A DNA stretch of 53,681 bases, counting the filler, from Sphacelaria rigidula (lineage: Eukaryota), in the NCBI GenBank assembly GCA_964200075.2. It is 5 parts of 5 records of this genome, joined end to end, with 100 filler letters (N's around TTAATTAATTAA, not from the genome) between each part and the next. Parts side by side here need not be neighbours in the genome. Positions count along the whole stretch, not along the records: positions 1 to 10,657 come from CAXNAA020006130.1; positions 10,758 to 21,414 come from CAXNAA020006131.1; 3 more parts are not named here. One strand, given 5' to 3'. Under the pieces are notes generated by a model. The model made no database searches. It was given only the letters and a program-made list of their open reading frames with translations, and was not told where the DNA came from. Each line of letters starts with the position of its first letter. Position 1 is the stretch's first letter. Made by a program: the position numbers and the translations under genes. This document shows positions 1-10,872 of this stretch, in pieces.

Positions 1-734
1 TGCTCCGTCTCGAAAGGGATGCGTGGTCAATGGTCAAACGACTAAGGCAAGCAACAACTGAGAACGTCCCCCCCCTCCCCCGTCCTCCAACAACCGTAGG
101 TTGCCCGAAGAAGTATTGTACCAATTCTTCTATGCCGGTCAAATTCCCATAGCCTTGTCGTATATCTAGGGCACAAAACCCACCAGAGGCAAAAGCCGTG
201 GCTAGAAGCCCTTCCATCGCAAGCTCGCGCATCGATTGACAGCTGATACAAGTACCCGAAAGGGAGATGGTTGAGCACACAGTTCGACCCGATACCCGCC
301 GGTAATTTGACACTTCTTCACTCACCACACCGAAACATCAGACGAGGCGCTCATTCTGGAGAAATCTGTATCGACCAAATCCTCGGTCGTGAACGTCGCT
401 CCAGTCGCCCCGGGCTGGCTCCCGCAAAGTGAACATGAAACAACGGGGCATCGAGACAACGACATTATTTTTGCGGCGACCATAAACACTACACTCCCGA
501 GACACGAGACCCATCGCATTCAACACGATCGAAGGCCCACCCCGTCCAACATTCATCAGACCCAAGACCTACCCATCGAGCAATATCTTCCGACAGAAAA
601 CACGGATACGTGATCGATGATGGTGTAATCATTGGGCATCTACCGATTAATTCTGCACGAAATTAGCACGAGAAATCACGACCGTCTGGCTATTCACCAG
701 TCAACAATCTATGTTCTATTAGCAGGCAACATTG

Positions 735-2419
735 CACACCCTGGACAATACAAAATGTTTTCATTATATATTATTAGTCGATCCTGTTGGCATTTGCGAT
801 GTATTGCCGGCGTAATGTATATTGATAACTTTGGACTACGCACAGATTTCATGCCCTATATCGGTACCGTGGGATTGAACACGTATAGTCCCATCAATAT
901 GTATTGGGACAATGTTGGCGATGACAAATTGCACGAATAATATATATATGAGAGTCGCATTGGTGAGAACATTTTGACCGGAAAATATATATTGGGGTCG
1001 CATGGGTGTCACTAATCGGCCGGACAGTATATATATTAGATATTCCAAGTATGGTGTAGGCTTTGAGAAAGATCCAGACGCGATGAATGAAGCTTCAAAG
1101 GAAGCCGCAGAAGTTCGCGTGCAGAGGCCGCCCATCCCCTTCACAGTGTGTACTATATCTTGGCTATAAACATCACCACGACAGAAGACATGCGCCTTTC
1201 GGTACCTCTGTGGTCGCCGGCGCTGTGTTGCTTCCACTCTGAACAATACAAAATGTTCCAAAATGACACCAATCATTTGTACTCGAAACAGCGTGAACAT
1301 TGTCCTTTCAATATATATTGAGCGTTTTCGGCATGTTGTGATACATCTTTCAATGGGTCCCGCGAATATAAAACTGCCCACTACACTAATTACAACACAC
1401 TTTCCAATCTATATATTCATAAATTTATATCGCTGCCCCAATATGTATTGTGACCGTCGGTTGCCTCGTGTGTTATCCGCCCAAAATATATTGGGCGCAT
1501 TGACGAACGACATTTTGGGGCGGCAGTATATATTGGCGCTACGGATGTTGAGTATATTGAATCGCCAATATACATTGATATCGGGTGCCAGCCAATATAT
1601 AACTCGACAAGTATACTACATTGGTGCCCTACCACACCAACATACTACTCTACCAACATGTTGGGTGACGCGTGTCGTGGTTAGGCTATGACTCCATCTG
1701 CGGGCGCAGAAAAAGTAGATTTCCGGCTTTTTGCGCAGAACAATGGCCGCGAAAGAAACTGTAGGAAAACCGAAATATGTCGCAGAAATTTCAGAGAATA
1801 CGGCAGACTTACAAGAGGATCAAGCATAAAGTTGGGATTGCCTGGCGCAGATTTCCAATAGGACAGCGCAGACTCGCGATTTCCCCGGGCAAAAAAGCCG
1901 CAGAAAGACAAATAAACCTCCTCCTTTCAGGGCCCTACACGTTACACGTTCATGTTTCACGTGTCACGCCAAAAGCTAAGCCAGGCTAGTACTATGGTGG
2001 GGACGGGGACCACGTGGGGGGCTTTGTTCAAAAGTCAAGTCAAATCAGGGTACCCCACGCGGTCCCCCACCATATCACTAGCCTAGCTTAACTTTCGACG
2101 TACAAAATAATAGGGGCATAAAAACAAAAAAAAGACGCTGACAAAAGCACATAAGAGCGAAACGAAACGGAGTGAAAAAAAACGCGGAAACGAGCAACAA
2201 AAGGGTAGATGGAATCCAAGCCTAGTCGTGTGGTATTGATTGCTTGCTTGCTTGTTGGGTCGACATATATTGCATGTCGCGAGCCTTGACATATTGATGG
2301 CAGATGTATTGACGTGTCTCTCGTGCCATCATATTGCTCACCCTGTATATATTAACCACCCCATGCGTCGACATATTGAGCGGGCACTATATGTTACATC
2401 TTGCGTTGTCCAGGGTGTG
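735..2419. mobile_element. Non-autonomous hAT-like DNA transposon with nested inserts
   Basis: TIRs CACACCCTGGACAA / TTGTCCAGGGTGTG; degenerate 8-bp flanks CAACATTG / CAACATCA; many internal ATATTG/CAATAT subterminal motifs. Confidence 0.6.
1979..2089. mobile_element. Small MITE/hairpin element
   Basis: Inverted ends AGCCAGGCTAGTACTATGGTGGGGAC / GTCCCCACCATATCACTAGCCTAGCT. Confidence 0.6.
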
Positions 2420-2486
2420 CAACATCATTAGCTACGGTAAAATCACACGTCGAAATCCGAGCGCAGTTGGCGTCCCATCTCAGTAC

Positions 2487-2570
2487 CTGGGAGTAATGCT
2501 TGTTGATGTGGGCAACATCGGCTGTGGCCTCGCGCAGCAGGATGGACGGAGCCATGGCGGCGTACCGCAC
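2487..2570 (-). CDS. GH88 exon 10 (VRYAAMAPSILLREATADVAHINKHYSQ)
   Basis: Acceptor atgcag|, putative donor CAG|gtactg; completes E-S-M-V-R-Y, similar to EAL.RY of GH88. Confidence 0.75.
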
Positions 2571-5500
2571 CTGCATCATTAATATTATAGCAGTCAGAAG
2601 ACAAGGCGATTCCCATGATTTTTATAGTAAATGTGGCGGATAACGCGGGCTCCAAAACATGCGAAACGACCCATTTGCCTCGAACTGTTGTCTCACCATA
2701 GATTCGATGCAGAAGTAGTCGCCGAATATCGCCCCCACTTCAGGAGAATCGTACTCGGAGGAAGCTCTGCGCAGGATAGATTGCCATCCATCATCAGCAT
2801 TTGGCTCGTAGTACGTCGGTTGGAGAGCGGATTTTAAGTACAATACCGCCAATTCCAGGTGTGCCGGGTCCTCTGTTGTTTTTTGCGGGATACGGCGCGG
2901 TACGCCACATGGAGCAATGGGTAGCGAGTTGAGAAGAAGTTGGGTGAAAAAGGGAGGGGTAGGGTGTACATTCGCGATATTATATGCAACTACAGGCGAA
3001 GGAGTGCATAGCAGACGGGAAGGAAAAGCACGCCGTGATTGCTTGGCTTTCCTACGGCGACTCAAGCGAAGACGTGAGTACATAATTCAGCCCGTATTGT
3101 AGCTGTTAATTCTTCCAATTCCCACCCCCCCCTACAGGCAAGCAACAAATGAGTACGCCCCCCCCCCCTACAGACAATGGTTTGCAGGTGGCATTCCACA
3201 CTTTGGCAAGGTGTGCGACGGCTCGGTGCCGGATGTTGAATAGATACCGAGCACATTCTTCGCAACCAAGACTCGCTTTCGTGTGTGAAAAACAAGGACA
3301 ATCGGTATAGTATTGTCACGTCAGCTGTAGAAACAGAAACGGGAACAACAGGAAAACACAAAAGGTGAGGTCCATGGCGCCTGTAACGTAACGGATCGTT
3401 TGATAGAAGATGACAGAAGTCTCACCGGTCATGTGGAACATCTCGAAGAGTGCCGACGCCACAATGGCAGTGGAGGATGAGTCTTCGGGGTTGGACGCGT
3501 TTCTTTCGGCCTCAAAATCAGCCGGGGGAATTTTGTCCTCGTCGTTGTTATCATCGAAATACCTGTAGAGAGACGTGCAAAATAAATTACGATAGACGAT
3601 GACAGAGAGACATAAACAGAAGCAATACATAAAATAAATGAGATCATTGATAGTCAGCCGCGCATGTGAGAGTAATTCCATGCAAAAGGCTGCCAAATTC
3701 GGATTCGGGTTACGTGTTTAGGCCATCACAACGCAAATCCCTTCAGGCCGCTTCTTCCGAGCTTTTAACCTTTATTTCCCTGAAATGTCACTTCCCGTCT
3801 CTCGCTCATAGGGTGCATTTACTACCGTAGTCCACGAATCCGCCTTCATGAAACACGCGGCTTGCCATTTGTTTCATGTCCGATCACTTTTGAGTCGGAT
3901 CATCCGATATACATCGATCATAGGTGAATCGACCGCAGTAGCGGCCCGCTCAGGAAAAGGTTGATCATGGCCCACTGTACTGGACTCCCCCCGTCCCCAC
4001 AACCTCGTTTCTTACGGGGGTACCGCAACAGTAGCGGGATCTAGTATTTGCCCGTAACATAAAACGTTCTACTATTGTACAGTGTGGACTCACTGTAGCA
4101 ATCCTTTGGCATAGTCCAAGTATGGGCCATCGGGCATGAAGCGGTGCGTCATGGTGTAGCCGTAGACAGCCCACGCCTGACCCCTACTCCAAGTGCTCTT
4201 GTCGAACGCCCCCTGGTATGTCCCTGCGCTATTTTGTTTGTGTTCGGTTCAATGCAGGCGTGAATGTCCAGGGGAAGAGGGAAGGGCGGGGGACGGGCTG
4301 GACGGGGGTGGGGATCAACACAAACCACGCGAGATCGAAGAACACAGCAGATCATTTGGACAATGGGCCGCCCACCGTATTCTTGGGGTCGTCTTTGGCA
4401 AGTCATTTGCAGAATCTAAGGGTTCAGCGAGTCTAGATCAAGTCGGGTAGGCCTACCGGGTGAGTTGATGTGTCCCAAGACATGTCATGACCATGTCCTG
4501 GCATAGGGCAATGATTTTCTGGCTTGAGGTCATGGAAGGCCGGGATTCTCCACGTTTTCAACCGGGTACAAAGCCTGGATCCGTTTTTGAGGTTCAACAT
4601 TTGGGTGGGGTTGAACTCGAAAACAGTGCTTGCCCTGACTAAAGTACTGACCTCCTTCAAACTATTTATTGGCGTTGCCCGTCTTCCGTGCCCCCAAAGC
4701 GTATGTAACACTATATTCGTGAGATTCAGAGTGTAACGTCGGAATCAAAGTGAGACCCGAAACAGTTGACTGTTCCGTCGATTTTGACATCGCCACAGTT
4801 CGAGGAGTAATGCGCCCAGCTGGTGAAGCGGTGACTTCAATGAAAGCTGTCACGTACACGATCAATTTGACACATCACTTGATCGCAACGACGTGGTTTG
4901 TCCATTGCAACAAAAGATCCCCTCTTTCAGGAAAAACCGATTAGTGCCTGAAACAGTTTCAGTTCCGAAATGCCCCCCCAGGCATAAAAAAACTTTGTGC
5001 GGTATCTCACCAACCAGACCGCCGAATTCCTCGAGTGGGGTATTGTACGGTAGCTGCACGCACAGGACGTGTGCTCAAGCGAAAACAAAAACAAATGCCT
5101 TGAAGGAACGCTAGAGCATCCACTCTGAATCCGATATTACGCCCTGAATCTCACGAATATGGTGTTATGTACGGAAGCACTTTTTGCCTCGATATCGGGG
5201 CGAAAAAGGGGACGTTTTTAGCCCGAAATTGGTGCTTTCGCATGCACGCTTTGGGGGCACGGAAGACGCGAAGCCCCCAAAAGTAGTATCAAGGAGGTCG
5301 GGGGGCATGAGGTCGTTCATATGAAATTGATTGGTCATTACTTCAGGTCAGAGAAAGCATTGTTTTCGAGTTGAAGCTCACCCGAATGTTGAACCTCAAA
5401 AACGGATCCAGGCTGTTAAATGGAAATTTCAACACACGAAGTAATTTTGTTTTACAAATCGGGGATGGACGAGGTCAAGAGTTGGACCGAAAAATGCAAA

Positions 5501-8500
5501 AAACTATTTCGTTCGGGGTATCCCTGCAGACCGCCATGTATTGTACACGGATTGGTAGTTACACGTTGGGCTTACTTCTATCCGAACATCGAACAAAATC
5601 TAATTTTATTTTGTGTTTCATGTACATGCGTGATTTTTAGAACTTCCAGTAGTTCTTAGGTGCCCCACAACGTGCCGAGAAGATCCCGCGGCGAGCTACA
5701 ACTGAAAAGAAATGAATCTAGAAGAGAAGCTGCGTTTGACGTCAAATAAACATATCACACGGGTGCAACGGACGTTTTGCATCTATGCGATCCGGTTGGC
5801 TCGTAGAAATACAAACGATGCCCTCCCACGGACACTTTGAATTGACTGCCTCCGAAACATAGGGCGACTATCCGACAAGTGAAGAAACAATATTTCCAAA
5901 AAATCGTGTATGCACTCTCAGGTCCAACGTTTGATCTTGTCCATCCGGGAAAATCCATCCCTCATTTCCAAGTATCGCACCTCGATCCACCAACTCCCCG
6001 GTTGAATTATCGTAGTCGGCGACGTGGTACGTGCTGTTGTCGTCCCGAACTATATCTTTCCAAGTGGTGTCCGCGTGCCTGTACAATACGCACGTGTTTT
6101 GAGGGGGAGGGTTGAGTTACATCCGCAAAATATATGTGTATGTCATCTAACCACAGGCACATCACGTGGGTTCCAGAGCGCGATGATGCGGGAATCATGA
6201 GTTCAACAACACAACTATACAGGAAATGGCGGAGATCTGGACAGAAGACTCAATGCGACCAAACTACGGGTCCAACTAACGATACTATTCCAACTCGGAC
6301 ATTAGCTTTCAAATCAACTGATTGTGGTTGTACTGTACGAACTGTATGTTGTTTCACCACTTCTTCTGAAGCGTCCATCTCGGTCTTCAAAATGCTGGAT
6401 TGAAAACGGACAAGGGTACCGCGGCATGTGCAGGTGATGACACAAGCCGACCCCAGCGTGTTGATGAATACTTCGTTCGCGCAAAAACAAGAAAGAAAGG
6501 TAGTTCTCTGTCTGCTCGCTTCACGGTTCACGGAAGCGAACGACCAGATGAGGCAATTTGTTTTTGTACTTTGCGTTGTTTCGTGGGATTGTTGACTTCA
6601 CCGCAAGATTGTTCTCATGTTAATTCGATTGTCGCTCTCGTCTTCCTTATCGCCTAGCAGCTGCGTGTGTGCCGAATGTATCTCGACCGTCGTTTTGCTC
6701 AATCGAATAGTTGTGTCTCCTTGCCTCGTTGTTATCGAAGTAGGGTCAGCGATGTACGCCGTGCAAGGTGTGGGACCCCGGGATGCAACAGCCGAAACAC
6801 CGAAACCACATCGAGAGAGGATAGCAACCTCATGATTCTCACCCTTCAGCAGCTTCGATCCAAGTCTCATCTCCGCCGTTCTGTGCTGACCAGAGCATGA
6901 TTTCCATGTTCATCATCATGTCCACGTTAACGGCTCGATCCCAATCCGGTCTTCGGGAGGGGTTGGCCCATGACCAGTAAGCCGGGATTCGTTCCTGCAG
7001 AGAACCATATGAAGGTACACATGGACGGTAACAACGAGGTAAAATGTATTGTACAGAGAAAATTACAGCATATGTGCTCAAGTAGCCCCACGAAAAAGTG
7101 GCAACAGCAACAACAGTGGATTTATGCATATATGCCAAGACCCCAAACGAACGGAGGCTGAATGACGAACAACTGTGACGCGTAGTAGAGACAATAACTC
7201 GTCTACGAGCTGGCCCAGTTGTCAAAGGTACAAACGCGCATCACACAATAACTTCTCAATTTTCCCCGAATCAGCACGATATACGTATATCACTCTTAGC
7301 TGCAGACCAACCTGGTCACGCACGCTCTGCCGCTAAACATAATAAATATATACTGCATGATACATGACCTTAACGGCGAAACGAAAAAAAAGAGCTGTCA
7401 GGATTCGAACTGGTGACTTCCATCACTGTAGTCTCCAGTATCACTTGAATTAGAGCGGCGGAGCGGTGTCACACAGAAAATGCCAGGCTGGGCACAATTT
7501 TAGGAGCTTTTGGCCGAAGTCACACCAGGATCTCCCGCACGCAAGTACGTACAGCATTTTTGAGGATGTCGAATGACGGTTTCCCCGTTTCTGCTGAAAT
7601 TTCAAATCGACCTAGCTTTTTTTTACTTTATTGGCACCCCAAGGAATGTTGCGCGTGTTGATGATCACAACGTGCCGAAATTTCAGCGCTCATCTCCTCA
7701 AAGAATCAGTGTAGGCTAACCCAGCTCGTAGCAACAAGGAATTGTCTGGATTGGGAACACATCACGTCGCGAGGCTTTTTGTTTCACGGACCGAGCATAG
7801 GTTTTCTGTCATGGGTTTTGACCTGGACGACAGGACATGTGTGCGTGTGCATCCCCTTCACTCCATGCCTACCAAGGGTATATACGAAGTATGTGATCGT
7901 TTCGAGTTTCCAGCTTGAACGGTTAGCGTGGCGACAGTAAACTCACATCGAATCTGATATCGTAAAGAGTTTTGGCGCCGGTGAGGACTTGTTCCTTGTA
8001 GTCCGCATTCCCGGTCAGCTTGTAGCCGAGACCGTATGAGTTGAAAACCTGCGGCGATCAAAGGGTGAAACGATCGTCACGCGAAAGAGTTCTCGTTCAT
8101 CCCGCTCATATACTAAAATACCAGTGATCATCTAGTAGTGTGGTTGTCATCATCTTGTTGCAAGCCAATTGAGGAGAGAAAATTCGACAACGACGCCAGC
8201 GGAGGCACATTCGCATATGTTTTCGTGTAACGTGCAAATATGCGTGTCGATAGTCCTTCGGACACTTTTTGGCTCTAGTGTTTTGGATAAGAACGGGAAA
8301 AAGGGAAGCTTGGAAGCTTGGTCGACGACTGTACACCAAAATTCGGATGTTCTCTCGAAGGGAAAAACGGCGGACAGGAGATAAGAGTCGACGTTTTGTA
8401 GAGCTCGGAAATGGTTTGTCTGACCAATAACGAGTTAAATGGTACGTGATGGTTTGGTCACCGAGCGGCGCAGCTGCGAGCCCAAAAGCCCCCCCCCCGG

Positions 8501-10098
8501 CAGAGGGGGCCCCACCGGAGGCGAACTCGAAGGGCCCCGCTGGAGGCGCCGCACCGGAGGCACGTTTAAACGCGATTTGGCTGAACTAGAGCTAAAAAAT
8601 ACGTCAAATATGGGCCACTTTTCAAGGGCTGTATGTAGCATGCGCAGCCGGTCACTGATTTTGAAGCCGATAACGGTAAATCATGGTTCGAAACCATTAT
8701 CCGAAATTTTCATATAATATACCAAACAAATAGTTAATACCATCACCATTATTATCACCACCATGATGATAATGGCTGATGATAACTTCCCGAGCTTCAA
8801 CGTTTTGTTCAACGCGGTCGGCACGCCCGCAGCCCCCCATAAGAACCGCTTCACATTATTCAGCAATTCTAAGCGTTCCCATCACCGCTACTGCTACTGC
8901 TACTGCTACTGCTACTGCTACTGTGACACGGACGGAATGTACTGTAACCATCGTCTGTGGTGTACTGGAATTTGTACCGCTGAACATTTTCCCCCCCCTG
9001 TCTATCGCAAGAACTGCCACTTGGCGGACGGGGAATGTCACGCCAACACACATCGAGTTGAAGAGCTGAGAGTCGGGACATAGAAGTTGGCTCGTGACAA
9101 AACCTCTGGGATTAGACTGAGCTGCAGAAATGACACGGTATTAAACCTCTGGGATTAGACTGAGAAAAAAAGGGGCCCTTGTCCCATTGTATCATAATTG
9201 TGACCGACTCCGAGGTCAACTTGACCCCCAAAATACCGTTACCTGACCTCGTATACTACAGGGACTCACCTGGAATCCAACGTCGTTGTCGTCAGCGTAC
9301 TGCGTACCGTTCATTGCAGCCGTACAACTATCTGCCGTCGTCTGAGAAGGCAAGCGTATACACACATGTGTGTTGGCGATCAATGAGCATGCTGAGTGGC
9401 AGAGGTGCAAACCTCACGCATGAGTAAAAACTCGAAAGTAGCCGAGAGAGTCCAAGGAGCTGGCCTTACGACATGTCGAGACAAACACTGCTTATTATTT
9501 TAAGCGTGGGAAAAGGCAAAGCTTAATGTTCCTCACCTGCCAATATTCATCCCCCGTGTAGCTGTACAGGTACCAGTACTGCCCGCACACCATACCACTG
9601 CGACAACGCGCGGGCGCACACACGCGGGACGTCACCGCACGCGCGGACGGTATTGCCGTTACGTCCCAAATCGTCGTTCCGCATACTTTTATCCATGGCG
9701 TGTACGAGATGTTGACTGCCGTCAACCCGTTCGACACGCTACGGCTACTGATCCTGGTTGTTTCGGTCGTCTCGACAGTCTTACTCTCTGGATCCTGTGT
9801 GTTCGGTCGATGAGCGCCGGACGCACATAACTTTGAAGCGAGAGATACGCATGGTCGAAGATATTGAAATGTGGGCAGCAACAGAGTTTCCAACCGAGAA
9901 ATCGAAAAGTTGTAACAGATATCTCCTATTTCGATGGACAAACCTTGTCCAAACGCCGTTGTCCTCATACTCTCCGTCACCGTCAAGTATTATCCAGCTC
10001 CCGTTGGTGTCCGTGTAGTCCGTGAACACATCGGGTGATGGCAATATCTCTTCTGCCAAAGCTGTCAACTGTTTCACAGAAAATTCTTTCCAATCCAT
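2487..10098 (-). CDS. Spliced gene for a glycoside hydrolase family 88 (unsaturated glucuronyl hydrolase-like) protein; 10 exons, 3' end unresolved
   Basis: Exons read by hand, in transcription order: 10098-9944, 9597-9537, 9341-9270, 8048-7947, 6994-6843, 6078-5981, 4223-4094, 3562-3426, 2872-2697, 2570-2487. All introns are GT..AG and phases are consistent (1167 nt, 389 codons, no stop). GH88 motifs appear in the expected order: WTSGMVCGQYWYLYSYTGD, NDVGF, SYGLGY, VNVDMMMNME, HADTT..VRDDNSTYHV, TYQG..STWSRGQAWAVYG, DSSSTAIVASAL, FGDYFCIESMVRY. Confidence 0.9.
2697..2872 (-). CDS. GH88 exon 9 (EDPAHLELAVLYLKSAL...GAIFGDYFCIESM)
   Basis: Acceptor caacag|, donor ATG|gtgaga; C-terminal (Y/F)GDY motif. 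Confidence 0.88.
3426..3562 (-). CDS. GH88 exon 8 (YFDDNNDEDKIPPADFEA...DSSSTAIVASALFEM)
   Basis: Acceptor ctacag|, donor |gtgaga; D(S/A)SA.AI.ASAL motif. Confidence 0.9.
4094..4223 (-). CDS. GH88 exon 7 (GTYQGAFDKSTWSRGQAWAVYGYTMTHRF...)
   Basis: Acceptor gcgcag|, donor |gtgagt; diagnostic WSRGQAW motif; frame absent from the ORF track. Confidence 0.93.
4572..5414. mobile_element. Foldback-type MITE with long TIRs (about 130 bp) in a GH88 intron
   Basis: AGCCTGGATCCGTTTTTGAGGTTCAACAT...GTCTTCCGTGCCCCCAAAGCG at 4572-4701 is inverted at about 5247-5414. Confidence 0.75.
4708..5165. mobile_element. MITE nested in the foldback element (copy 1)
   Basis: TIR ACACTATATTCGTGAGATTCAG / CTGAATCTCACGAATATGGTGT; TATGTA on both flanks; second copy at 51414-51714. 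Confidence 0.8.
5981..6078 (-). CDS. GH88 exon 6 (HADTTWKDIVRDDNSTYHVADYDNSTGELVDR)
   Basis: Acceptor gtacag|, donor |gtgcga; HA.TT...R.D.STYH motif. Confidence 0.92.
6843..6994 (-). CDS. GH88 exon 5 (ERIPAYWSW...VNVDMMMNMEIMLWSAQNGGD...)
   Basis: Acceptor ctgcag|, donor |gtgaga; IID.MMNLE-type catalytic motif. Confidence 0.92.
7384..7466 (-). repeat. tRNA-like (SINE head) degenerate sequence
   Basis: B-box GTTCGAATCC on the minus strand followed by a T-run; no clean cloverleaf. Confidence 0.4.
7947..8048 (-). CDS. GH88 exon 4 (VFNSYGLGYKLTGNADYKEQVLTGAKTLYDIRFD)
   Basis: Acceptor gccgcag|, donor |gtgagt; frame not shown in the ORF track. Confidence 0.9.
8887..8923. repeat. (GCTACT)n microsatellite
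   Basis: About six tandem hexamer units. Confidence 0.95.
9270..9341 (-). CDS. GH88 exon 3 (TTADSCTAAMNGTQYADDNDVGFQ)
   Basis: Acceptor ttctcag|, donor |gtgagt; (H/N)D(V/L)GF catalytic-Asp motif. Confidence 0.9.
9537..9597 (-). CDS. GH88 exon 2 (SGMVCGQYWYLYSYTGDEYWQ)
   Basis: Acceptor gtcgcag|, donor CAG|gtgagg; matches the GH88 WTSGF..G.LWYLY..TGD motif. Confidence 0.9.
9944..10098 (-). CDS. GH88 exon 1 (MDWKEFSVKQ...NGVWT); start ATG tentative
   Basis: ATG in ACAAACATGG context; donor AG|GTTTGT, phase 2, completes W-T-S-G with the next exon. Confidence 0.7.
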
Positions 10099-10657
10099 GT
10101 TTGTTGATGGGTTCAAAAACGAACACGGAGGAAAGTTTGGGGAAGGGATGATCTGGAAGCAACGGTCGGGGGCGTCTTCCGGAAGGAACGGCAATCGAAT
10201 CGAGACTCCGAACCCGAGGTGCCTCTTACGAGATCAACCCTCCTTTACCATGACGTGGCCACTTGCACATCTGAGATTACCAGTCAGGGTTTCCAAGACG
10301 GGTCACCAAAAAGGCAACATCAAGATTGCATCTACGGTATCGATATGATAGGAGCGGGGGGAAATGTGGCTGCGTTTGTTGAGTCCGTGTCCACGAACGC
10401 CCAAATAAAGTTTCAATTTGAACTGACGGGTCCTGACTCATAACTTGAATCTAAGACAACTTACGGGCCACTGTTACTCCGTTTTTTTTCGCTCTTCCAA
10501 TACATCCAAATCCATTGCATGGGACATCAAGAGAGCATCTGCACTGACGTCTCTTGGGAAGGCTAGGCCCATGGGTCTCCAGAGATACAGAATTAAACAG
10601 CCGATTTTATATTTTGGGGTTCAAACAAAATATGGGGCTGAAGTGGCATATCTGTCT

Positions 10658-10757
10658 NNNNNNNNNNNNNNNNNNNNNNNNNNNNNNNNNNNNNNNNNNN
10701 NTTAATTAATTAANNNNNNNNNNNNNNNNNNNNNNNNNNNNNNNNNNNNNNNNNNNN
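10658..10757. other. Assembly spacer (44N-TTAATTAATTAA-44N)
   Basis: All-frame stop linker embedded in Ns; identical spacers at 21415-21514, 32171-32270, 42927-43026. Confidence 0.97.
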
Positions 10758-10792
10758 GGTTAGAGTGCAAGCTTGGTCCGGCGAAAATCCGG

Positions 10793-10872
10793 CGTGCTCC
10801 ATCCCGGCATTGTAGGGACGCGAGGTCAATGGTCTTATGACCATGGCATGCATGGCCATGAGCACACTCCCT
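10793..10872 (+). repeat. Dispersed ~80-bp repeat (possible LTR terminus)
   Basis: GTAGGGA(T/C)GCGAGGTCAATGGTC..TGAC.ATGGCA.GCATG..CATGAG.ACAC also at 1-75, 42581-42658 (inverted), 43027-43097 and 44542-44589 (partial). Confidence 0.75.

Noticed and set aside
8763..9083. YCYCYC / TATATA / VAVAVA ORFs
   Set aside because: A hexanucleotide microsatellite inside a GH88 intron.
10234..10320. Two in-frame TGA codons upstream of the GH88 start (possible selenocysteine or readthrough extension)
   Set aside because: There is no GH88-like or redox-motif context and no SECIS evidence; the region is more simply 5' UTR or intron.
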